Part shown: positions 10,948-19,182 of the stretch, piece by piece
How the letters are laid out: every line of letters begins with the position of its first letter
Position numbering within the stretch: position 1 is the first letter of the stretch
From: an uncultured Nitrososphaeraceae archaeon
GTDB taxonomy: Archaea; Thermoproteota; Nitrososphaeria; Nitrososphaerales; Nitrososphaeraceae
DNA length: 25,116 bases
Reading direction: 5' to 3'
Assembly: GCA_963825865.1 (NCBI GenBank)
Contig: CAWGVG010000032.1
Span: forward strand, 1 to 25,116
The notes under the pieces: model-generated
The model's input: only the letters and a program-made list of their open reading frames with translations
Databases searched by the model: none
What the model was told of the DNA's origin: nothing
Program-made: the position numbers and the translations under genes

Positions 10948-10990
10948 TGGACTGGGTGGGATTTGAACCCACGATCTTGCACTTGCGAAG
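10948..10990 (-). tRNA. 3' half of tRNA-Ala(CGC); att-like remnant, not a full tRNA
   Basis: Minus strand: C TTCGCAA GTGCA AGATC GTGGG TTCAAAT CCCAC CCAGTCC A. This gives an anticodon loop with CGC, a T-arm, and an acceptor 3' strand with U70 and discriminator A. The 5' half is absent. Confidence 0.85.
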
Positions 10991-11068
10991 AAGTGGAAGC
11001 AACACTTCATTTTCTTGGTTAAAAATAGCCGAACGACAGCAAAATGAAAAACTAAGGTTTATGCGAGA

Positions 11069-11520
11069 TTATCTGTTTAGCCTTTTTCGAAATTTATCTT
11101 TCTCTTGCTTTGATGCAGCATTAACAAATCTCATTCTGGGTACTTTAGGACTGAAACCCCATCTATGTAATAGTCGGTAGATGTGAACTTCATGATATTT
11201 GACTCCTGTTCTTTCATATATCAAATTCATCACTTCTTTAGCCATCCATCCTGACTGATTTTCTGATAGCCTCTTCTTATCCTAGTAGATGTTTCTTTTG
11301 ATACTTCTGGAGGTCTACCGGTTCTAACTCTATCTTTCAATCCATTCAAACCTTCCTTATCAAATCTCTTGAGCCATTTGTAAGCCCACCATCTAGATTT
11401 ATGAAATTCCTTTTCAGCTACACTGGATGCTTCTTTCTTATCTCTTCTAACACGTCTTGCTAGTAGAATTCTTTCCCGTACGTTAGCATTCTTTTCTTTT
11501 CTATAGGCTTTGTTCAAAAT
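11069..11520 (-). mobile_element. IS630-family transposase orfA (HTH part) remnant; DDE part missing
   Basis: RERILL...WAYKWLKRFDKEGLNGLKDRVRTGRPP, frameshift, GWMAKEVMNLIYERTGVKYHEVHIYRLLHRWGFSPKVP...FRKR*. Confidence 0.85.
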
Positions 11521-11630
11521 TGCAGTCGAAGTCAAAGCGAATACAGAGTCTACTCGTAAAAGACTCAAGCTAAATTGGTGTTGACCAAGATCCTTAGACA
11601 GTTGTATCAAATTATGTTAAGCAGTCTACA

Positions 11631-11948
11631 ATGCAAAAAGAAATAATCTGCGAATGTTATATTCATTCAATTTTGAAAACCAGACTTGGGTTGCTCTGCA
11701 TAAGGAAAGGATATGTTATTGCCAAGAATAAAGATGAACGTGATAGAATGAAATACTATGCTATTGTTATACAGAAGCTCGAACGTGAATTAGGAATCAA
11801 AGTTAGTAGTTTTCCAGAGCTTGAGCTGATGGCCCTTAAATTTTTCCAAGAAAATTCAGAACACTTGCCAGAAGGTATCACCGGTGAAGAGGTGCTCAAC
11901 TTGCTTCTACAACGGGATAAGGATTATAACAAAGCTATACGAAGGTAA
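11631..11948 (+). CDS. hypothetical protein
   Basis: 105-aa ATG ORF; the MKYYAxxIQKLERELGIKVSSFPEL segment is recalled from thaumarchaeal hypothetical proteins. Confidence 0.55.
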   Translation: MQKEIICECYIHSILKTRLGLLCIRKGYVIAKNKDERDRMKYYAIVIQKLERELGIKVSSFPELELMALKFFQENSEHLPEGITGEEVLNLLLQRDKDYNKAIRR

Positions 11949-11981
11949 GTATGAAGAGTAAAAAGAAGATTTTTTTACATA

Positions 11982-12211
11982 GCGTTAAGTCATAACAGTA
12001 ACACAATATCTTTGAATACTTTTCACAAGCTATCTGATGCGTTATATGGAGCATATGCTCTTCTCTACTTTAGTTTCCTGCGGTGTCTCAACCTCAGATT
12101 CCGATCCTGCGATTTACAGCAGTTGATGGTGGAAATAATTTGCACAGTGTTGGAGATGAAAGGAATATAGTCTGCTAGATTTTCAATAGCTGGCTGATGC
12201 TTGTCTGTTTC
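11982..12211. repeat. repeat module Y copy 2, containing motif copy C at 12037-12054
   Basis: Aligns by eye to 3979-4207 with scattered substitutions. Confidence 0.95.
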
Positions 12212-12306
12212 TGAAAGTTTTAGAAGCTGCATTAGTAGCCTTTCCAGAAATTGAATATGTAGACCGCAGCCACCGTTTTACCTCGCTCATTTATTCATTG
12301 TCACAC

Positions 12307-12465
12307 TCACTCATTCTCTGGCGGAGCACTTATTCTTATTGCCCGCCTCATAGTTTCAATGTTGTATACATGATCTCTAGTAACACAAAGGTGAACAATA
12401 TCTTTCACAGTAACATTATTTTTATCTCGTCTCACAATCTCTATCTTGTCTGCTGTAATAGACAA
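12307..12465 (-). CDS. possible 52-aa small protein, below the ORF-track cutoff
   Basis: TTG-start frame MSITADKIEIVRRDKNNVTVKDIVHLCVTRDHVYNIETMRRAIRISAPPENE*; supported only by composition. Confidence 0.3.
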   Translation of the reverse strand: MSITADKIEIVRRDKNNVTVKDIVHLCVTRDHVYNIETMRRAIRISAPPENE

Positions 12466-12604
12466 TCGCAATATTGCTTAAAAGTTATTTTCTATTATTA
12501 TTATTTATTGAACCTATGCACAGACATTCATAATAATTAGGTCATAACAATAGAAGACGTCGATAACAAAATGCAAAATAATAATCGACAAGAAAGAAGA
12601 AGAT

Positions 12605-13050
12605 ATGACGACAGTCAAAAGAGAAGACTATCAATACACTCCCAAAGAAGGTTTTGTCCTCACGCATTTCCTGACCGTAGCATGATGTTAAACGATCGAG
12701 CAGACTTTTATCTTCGCATTCTTGGAGGAAAAGTTATCCGCAGTGGAGAACCCACCATCATCCAGATTGCCAATAGCTGGATAGTTTTGAACGTAGGGGG
12801 AGGACCAACAGACGATAAGCCAACCGTAACTCTTCAGCCACCTCAAAATCCTAAGGAAGTCAGCAACTTCATGAATATTCGTGTCGCGGACATCCAGGGC
12901 CCTTATGAGGATTGGGGAAGGAAAGGAGCCGAATTTCTTACCGAGCCAAAGGATCATGCTTTAGAGATTCGCTGTTACATGCGTGACCCTGATGGCTATA
13001 TTATCGAGGTCGGACAAACAACTGGTGGACTGAAAGATATCAAGGCATAA
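12605..13050 (+). CDS. VOC/glyoxalase family protein (two 1-nt insertions near 12680-12700)
   Basis: MTTVK...PKEGFVLTHFLTVA/DVKRS/ADFYLRILGGK...MNIRVADI...GAEFLTEP...RCYMRDPDGYIIEVGQ. Confidence 0.85.
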
Positions 13051-13141
13051 TCAAAAGATGGATTCTATCCAAATATCTAATTTCCCACTACAGCACTACC
13101 ACTAAAGAACAATAGTATATCGTTTTTACAAATTTTTATAA

Positions 13142-13285
13142 GTAGAATATATTGTCGATTCAGAAAAAAATGTGTTTAAAATACCTGATGATGAACAATG
13201 GGATGTAGCAGCAAGTCTGGCTACAACCACTATAACACCATATCATGCATTAAAAGAAGCGTCACTAAAGCTAATGAATTGTTGT
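13142..13285 (+). pseudogene. internal fragment of a Zn-dependent alcohol dehydrogenase (MDR), not in the ORF track
   Basis: VEYIVDSEKNVFKIPDDEQWDVAASLATTTITPYHALKEASLK matches the MDR pattern AEY..VP..N.FKIPD......AA.L.....T.YHAL. Confidence 0.75.
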
Positions 13286-13305
13286 GGGTACCAACCCAAA
13301 CGCCG

Positions 13306-13629
13306 CTAGGCCTGCGGGTGATCCATGGCTTGACGGGCGCGATATTCCGGATCATTGGGATGCGGAGTCAGTGGCGTAATGGTGACCTTCATCCAGATAT
13401 GAAGGGGTAACGAGGCGAGGACTTCGCGAAGCTCTGCCTCGTCGGCGGCGCGGAACAGCCCAATGCTGCGCCATTCGCTTGGACCAAGCGGCGGGCGCCA
13501 GAGCCGGACCAAATGGCCCGCTTTGGCGAGCTCAGCGGCGCGTACTGCCTCCGCCACGCGCAATTCATCGACTTTGACGGGGCTAGTTCCTTCGGGAACC
13601 GTGGTGACCAGATCGATGAGGTATTCCAA
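13306..13629 (-). CDS. muconolactone delta-isomerase (CatC-like) family protein, GC-rich
   Basis: MEYL...AEAVRAAELAKAGHLVRLWR...SIGLFRAADEAELREVLASLPLHIWMKVTITPLTPHP. AAAGGAG SD lies 6 nt upstream of the TTG. Confidence 0.88.
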   Translation of the reverse strand: MEYLIDLVTTVPEGTSPVKVDELRVAEAVRAAELAKAGHLVRLWRPPLGPSEWRSIGLFRAADEAELREVLASLPLHIWMKVTITPLTPHPNDPEYRARQAMDHPQA

Positions 13630-13667
13630 GGGTTTCTCCTTTCGCTCAAAAGGATTTAGTCGTTTCT

Positions 13668-13826
13668 AAATACGTAGAAGCAACAATAGAGAAAGGCAGG
13701 AAATACAACCCTGACGCATTCAATCCATTGTACTTTACTTCTAAATCAATGGGTATAGATCTAGCATACGGTAGTTCAGCATTTGGTATTGTGGTAACAC
13801 AATGGGTAGATGATCACATACAGATA
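13668..13826 (+). pseudogene. fragment resembling the RNase H-like nuclease domain of a terminase large subunit
   Basis: EATIEKGRKYNPDAFNPLYFTSKSMGIDLAYGSSAFGIVVTQWVDDHIQI fits the MGIDxxYGxSxFGIVV first acidic motif. Confidence 0.55.
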
Positions 13827-13865
13827 TCGCCATTGTATATTTTTATAATATATGCTCAGCTCCAT

Positions 13866-14450
13866 CTAATTACCAGTTGTAAGAACACATCTAAACCTAT
13901 CTTTACCACTCATCATAAGATCATATGCCTCTGCTGCGCGCTCTAATGGAAGGACTTCATTCATAGACCTTACACCAGAGAGAACACTAAATGAGAGTGT
14001 GTCTTGCGAGTCGATTGACGTACCAGCTGGCCAACCTATCAATGATCGACGTCCTAATATCGTTAGATATGGAGACACTTGAATTGGCTGATCAGATGCT
14101 CCAATTATGACAAGCTTTCCATTGACTGCAAGACCTCCAAGGATTTCAGTCATCGCCTTTCCACTTGGGACAGTTGCAAGTATCACTTTAGCTCCTCCCA
14201 GCTTGTTAAGTTCTTCGATTGCGTTTTGTGACCGGTTATCAATGTATTGCCTTGCACCCAGATTCTTCACCAATTCCTCTTCCTTGTCTCTTGCTCGCCC
14301 AATGGCAACAGTATTAAAACCCATCTTGGCAGCAAACTGAATTCCAAGATGACCAAGTCCGCCTATCCCGAGAATTGCAACTACATCGCCTACACGTGCT
14401 CCACTATTCCGAAGAGCATTGTATGTAGTGCACATCAATGGTGCAACTTA
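13866..14450 (-). pseudogene. Zn-dependent alcohol dehydrogenase, C-terminal (Rossmann) half only
   Basis: APLMC-TTYNALRNSG...VAILGIGGLGHLGIQFAAKMG...AAEAYDLMMSGKDRFRCVLT; the catalytic N-domain is absent. Confidence 0.9.
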
Positions 14451-14675
14451 TCTCACTAAAAGCTTGCTCGGGGATTAATACAGCTTGTATATTCTAGAGT
14501 GTAAACATTTGCTATCCATTACAAATTCTTTTTTAAACTTGCTTTATCAAAATTTCCGTTATTCACAGGCTTTAGTAAGGAACCAAAAGAGGTATTGTAT
14601 GGTATTAGATGATAACAAGACGGTAACAAAGACTATATAAAAACAGCAGCATGTTTGAGATAGATATATTTATAT

Positions 14676-15016
14676 CCATTCATCCATGCGTTATATAGAG
14701 CATAGGTCTATCTATTTGCTAACGATTATGTAAAAAATGGGACCATATAGAGGGTATTATCAAAATTAGCTGTCGTACTTCCAGAACATCTGTACCAAGC
14801 AATAATCAAAAGTTTTGTAAAATTCACTTCAGCAATTCGGCAACCATTCTATTGTCTTATATTGACTTTCATTTGGCCTTGACCTTCAATTGCTTTTGAC
14901 TTGCTCTTTGTCATTTGGACCTGAATTCTCTACTATTGTTACTAATCCTTGTATAGAGACTTCTTTTGTACATCCGATAGTTCCGTTCTATCACTCACGC
15001 TTGCTATATCATTAAT
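14676..15016. repeat. repeat module X copy 2 (motif copy D at 14686-14703; extra ~90 bp internal segment)
   Basis: Aligns to 3701-3960 except for 14755-14845, which resembles 5862-5930. Confidence 0.95.
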
Positions 15017-15066
15017 GGAATATTTGGTTAGAAAGCGACTAAGACTAAGATTGAACCAGACTTTGG

Positions 15067-15084
15067 ATGCGTTATATAACGCAT
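15067..15084. repeat. motif copy E, perfect palindrome ATGCGTTATATAACGCAT
   Basis: An 18-mer that is its own reverse complement. Confidence 0.95.
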
Positions 15085-15483
15085 AGCCATACTACTGAGT
15101 GAACCATTTTTTGTGTTATATGTTCTAAAACCCATTCTAGGGTACGTATTTCATACTGCAAACTGTCTTATTATGTAATTCATAATGTATATCATTCCTT
15201 GTTTTCTTAAACTTGCTCTCAAGGACATGTTTTAGCCTCTAATTTATGATCCATGTAGAGATATCAGATCAAATCATTTTGCGTATGTACAAATATAATG
15301 ATTAAAGCACTAGCTAGAAAAGAAGAGTCCCTGGAAAGTCATTGTAGCAGAGCAAATCTAAAAGACGTTATTCACAGACCAAATGCAGACGAGTTTCCTA
15401 CTTTTGCAGAGTACATCCTACATTGTCTATCTTTGACTTTTGAATCTTTATGCTTCAGATAAATCTAATATGCTACAGTCCCA

Positions 15484-16181
15484 ATGAAAAAAAAGAAAAT
15501 CGCTCTTGTGACAGGATCCAATAAAGGCCTTGGATTTGAAACCTGCCTTCGGTTAGGCCAATTAGGTCTTACTGTAATATTGAGTGCTCGAGATTTTATC
15601 AAAGGCCAAGTGGGCTGCAAAACAATTAGCTGATAGAGGATTGGACGTATTATTTTACCAGTCTGATGTATCAAGTCAAAGTAATATTAGTAGGATAGCA
15701 CTTCAAATAGAGCAACAATTTGGACGGCTAGATATACTTGTCAATAATGGAGCAATTCTCTATGACACCTGGCAAAAGGCTGTCGATGCAGATTTAGAGG
15801 TTGTCAATCAGGCCTTAATAACTAACCTGTTTGGACCTTGGAGGCTATCTCAAGTATGCATACCTATGATGAAGAGAAATAAGTACGGTCGCATTGTAAA
15901 TGTGTCCAGTGACAGGCTCTCTACATTACATGGGTGCTGGAACACCGCCAGCATATAGCGTCTCCAAAGCAGCTCTTAATGCATTAACTCGAATTCTATG
16001 AAGTAGAGCTTCTGGTACTGGTATTTTGGTTAATTCAGTTGATCCAGGATGGGTAGCCACAGATATGGGCAGAGGAGGACGTCCAGTAGAAGAAGGAGCA
16101 AAAGGAATAATATGGGCCGCAACATTGCCAGATAATGGTCCAACTGGAGGATTTTTCTTTGATGGCAAGCCAGCTCCATAG
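15484..16181 (+). pseudogene. short-chain dehydrogenase/reductase (carbonyl-reductase-like), frameshifted
   Basis: ALVTGSNKGLG, LDILVNNG, GRIVNVSS, AYSVSK (YxxSK), [21 protein letters not shown], spread across frameshifted segments. Confidence 0.9.
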
Positions 16182-16549
16182 TAAAGTAAACCTATTCTGA
16201 ATCATACTATGCTCGCACGCCCGTGCGAAGCAAATTCTGTCTTTATTCTTTCTACAAACAGGTGATATATGTAAACCACCCACACAGGCATAGACGAATT
16301 GATAAAAGCCACATATTTTGATTTTTTAGAATATGAAAAAGTCCTTTTTGTTCAATATTCCATAACTTCGAATAGTTCTTTTCCTTACTCTGTCATCTTA
16401 TCGGGATCGATTAAGTGACCGTCAGGAAACAATCTTCTGACAAGTGCATCTGCATATTCTTGGTCTGGATACTCTTGGCATTCTATTCTAACTATATTCT
16501 TGCCGTCTTTCATACGTTTGGTATAAATCCTATACAGGTCTGAGATGCC

Positions 16550-17130
16550 TCCTTCAAAATCTCATGAGGTCTGCAACTCGTGTCCCTTGAAATAGCATGA
16601 TAGCACTTGATACGCTTGCTAGGACAGTACTTGTAGAATAAAAGGTCGTCTTCAGTAGTCCAGAGATCAGTAGGCTTGTATATTGACTTTTCTTTTCTTT
16701 TTAGCTGAGGTATATTATCAACAATACTTGGCTTTGGACGTTTCTTTTGCTCAATATCTGGATAATACAGCCATCTAAAGAATTGTATTAATAATACTGT
16801 ATAGAGATTATAAGTTCCAATCCATTTGTGCAATGGATCTGATGCTTCAGATTTTCTGAAACTATCTAGATATAATAATAAATCCTCTCTTGAAATCTGG
16901 TTGAAAGGTTTGTTATTATTATGAAATTTGGATAGATCAGATAGTAAAAAGACATTTAACTTCCTATAATTATCAGAAAGGTTAATCTCTGTTCTCATTG
17001 CTTGAATGTAATTAACTATAGTGATAGCATTTTCTGGCTGAAGAGTCCTTAAACGATTAACATATTGCGGCTTCTAGTCCTTCTGTAACAATATCGATTT
17101 TTCTATCATATAAGGCGTCTTTGGTAGTAT
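16550..17130 (-). pseudogene. N-terminal half of another tyrosine integrase, truncated just after the catalytic Arg
   Basis: DPLHKWIGTYN...FFRWLY...KRKEKSIYKPTDLWT...RDTSCRPHEILK; paralogous to 9528..10874 (DPDTRWITTWN, FFRWLY, ARNHEV). Confidence 0.85.
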
Positions 17131-17352
17131 AATCATTATTAAAGGAAGGATGAAATGATATTGTTGGTTCTGATGATACTTTTTGTCACAATCTCAGGAT
17201 TTCCTTTGCAATTATATAAAGTGCTATTCAATACCATTTTATTATTCAATAAGAGTTGTTACTCGTCATTCTCAAACCTATATTTTTACACTTAATGACC
17301 ATTGTCAGCTGAATAGTATATCCGTTATATTATTAACAAAGTGATAGAGTCG

Positions 17353-17652
17353 TCAAGAACCAACCCTTTTCATCTTTGAACCACATTTAGGACATGCTGC
17401 TTGATTGTGTTTTGTACCACAACCCATGCAGTAATAGTTCAATGCACTATTGCCAAACATTGTTGTTGTCCCAGACATACCCATCCTTCTCAATGCTCTC
17501 TTTCTCATGTAAAAACTCAGCAATATGAAAACTGCTATTATTATTGGTAGAGAGTAAGGAAAAGGAACAAATATTGAAATAGCAAGACTGATACCAAGTG
17601 AAATACCAATCCACATTAGCTGCTGTAAAAAAAACTCCTTGTTATTACTCAA
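17353..17652 (-). CDS. small membrane protein with a C-terminal zinc ribbon
   Basis: Two TM helices followed by CMGC...CPKCGS. Confidence 0.75.
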   Translation of the reverse strand: MSNNKEFFLQQLMWIGISLGISLAISIFVPFPYSLPIIIAVFILLSFYMRKRALRRMGMSGTTTMFGNSALNYYCMGCGTKHNQAACPKCGSKMKRVGS

Positions 17653-18415
17653 TATTACTCACACCATCTTCTCACATATTCGTATCATTTTACTATGATT
17701 TAAATATCTTCTAGAAGTTAGATATGAAGATTAATAATGATCAATATCTACCAAAAGTGTCTACTGAATTTTTATTCCGTTTGTTTATGGGTTACCTAAT
17801 CCTACTTACCATGCATTGTTTCTGTTACAATGCCAGTTTACATTAAATTAAGTAATATTTATTGATTTTTAGTTAGCTGTCATTAATAAAATTAGCAGTA
17901 TCTAGGCAAAAGTCGGATTAGCAAACAGCTCCAGGCAAAGACATCACATAAAAGCAATTACACATAAACAACAAAGCAGAGAGAGGAATACTTAGTGTTA
18001 TTTGACCTATAAGTGGTAACGATATTGCAGACGAACATTTGTATTTAATCATTAAATCAGAGCTGCTCTCTATACCAGGACTTTTGTCATTGAATAGATG
18101 TCAAATGAACATTCATGTTAACTGCACATCGTGTATGTACATTTTTTATTGGCTTAAAGGTCTCAAATTTGTTATTATGTTGTTATAATTTGATTATTAT
18201 AAATAGAGATCAAGTTACGAACAATTCAAATAGCGGAGTTGCATACTTCTACAGAAGTTGGCAAAAAAATCTCTTCACGATATTGAGAAGAAGTGCGCAT
18301 TATGCAGCTGCTTCCTTTCTGCGACCAGCGAATTGAATATTTGCTCGGAATGCATTAAGTGTGCCGATTGTTGTATTGGCCTTGAAAAACTCACAGATTA
18401 GTCATATTATTATTA

Positions 18416-18970
18416 TTATTCTACCATTTTTAGTGTATCAGTTACCGTTATTATCCCTATCACAGTGCTTTTTTCGCTAATTAGAACGCACTTTGCAAAT
18501 CTGACTAAGGGGACTAATGCCTTAGCTGGTGTAGACACGTCAACTACAGGAGGCGGGGTTTCCATTACCATCGAAATGACCATATTACGCATATTCTTTT
18601 CATCCTTTTCTACCATGCTTTTTGCTAGCCCATCTTCGCTCAATATTCCTACAACACGAGAGCCGTCGAATACAGGAATTTGGCTTATAGAATTACTTCT
18701 CATTTTATCTATTGCAGTATTGAGAGTTTCATATTTTTGCACAGAAATTAAATTGCGGCTGCAAATGTCCCCTGCTTTCATTGAAGATTGACCTTCTAAA
18801 GAACCTAAAATTTCAAAGATCTTCCTAGCTGTTTCATAACTCGGTTTGCATCTACCTGATTCTATCTGATTAATCATTGATGTACTTATGCCAGTCAGTG
18901 TTGCTAGCTTTCTCTGTGTAATACCTATCCTAATTCTGGCCTGTTTGATATATTCGAGTCTCGGAAGCAT
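18416..18970 (-). CDS. XRE/HTH transcriptional regulator with a CBS pair (conserved archaeal type)
   Basis: IKQARIRIGITQRKLATLTGISTSMINQIESGRCKPSY plus two CBS domains (SQIPVFD, GIITVTD). Confidence 0.92.
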   Translation of the reverse strand: MLPRLEYIKQARIRIGITQRKLATLTGISTSMINQIESGRCKPSYETARKIFEILGSLEGQSSMKAGDICSRNLISVQKYETLNTAIDKMRSNSISQIPVFDGSRVVGILSEDGLAKSMVEKDEKNMRNMVISMVMETPPPVVDVSTPAKALVPLVRFAKCVLISEKSTVIGIITVTDTLKMVE

Positions 18971-19182
18971 TCTAAATGGGTTTACATTTTATCAGCTCTG
19001 CCTTATAACCTTCACCAAACATCTACTACTCTTTGTACTGCTGGCATCGATTTAAATCAATAATTAGTTGTTATTTTGATTGTTGTGCATGTAGAAACAA
19101 CTTGACAAATTAGGTAAAGCTTTCGTCTTAGTATTATTCATTGTAATTTGATATCCTTATATGATATGCATACGAAAACTCC

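Larger units (their letters stand above)
5335..10990. mobile_element. tRNA-Ala-associated integrative element (plasmid-like); left boundary uncertain
   Basis: The att-like tRNA half lies directly upstream of the integrase, followed by the regulator and the Rep-like/RadA-like/peptidase operon. No second att copy was seen in the window. Confidence 0.7.

Noticed and set aside
10947-11180. ORF MDWVGFEPT...
   Set aside because: Antisense translation of the tRNA fragment and the IS630 remnant.
11595-11622. TTATGTTAA resembling the XerD arm of dif
   Set aside because: No matching ...ATAA left arm across a 6-bp spacer.
13389-13669. Overlapping ORFs 13389..13649(-) and 13463..13669(+)
   Set aside because: Shadow frames caused by the high GC of the muconolactone isomerase gene.
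3711-15084. CRISPR array or integron attC interpretation of the repeated motif
   Set aside because: Spacing is irregular (0.3-8 kb), there are no 30-40 bp spacers or cas genes, and no attC RYYYAAC...GTTRRRY hairpin architecture is evident.
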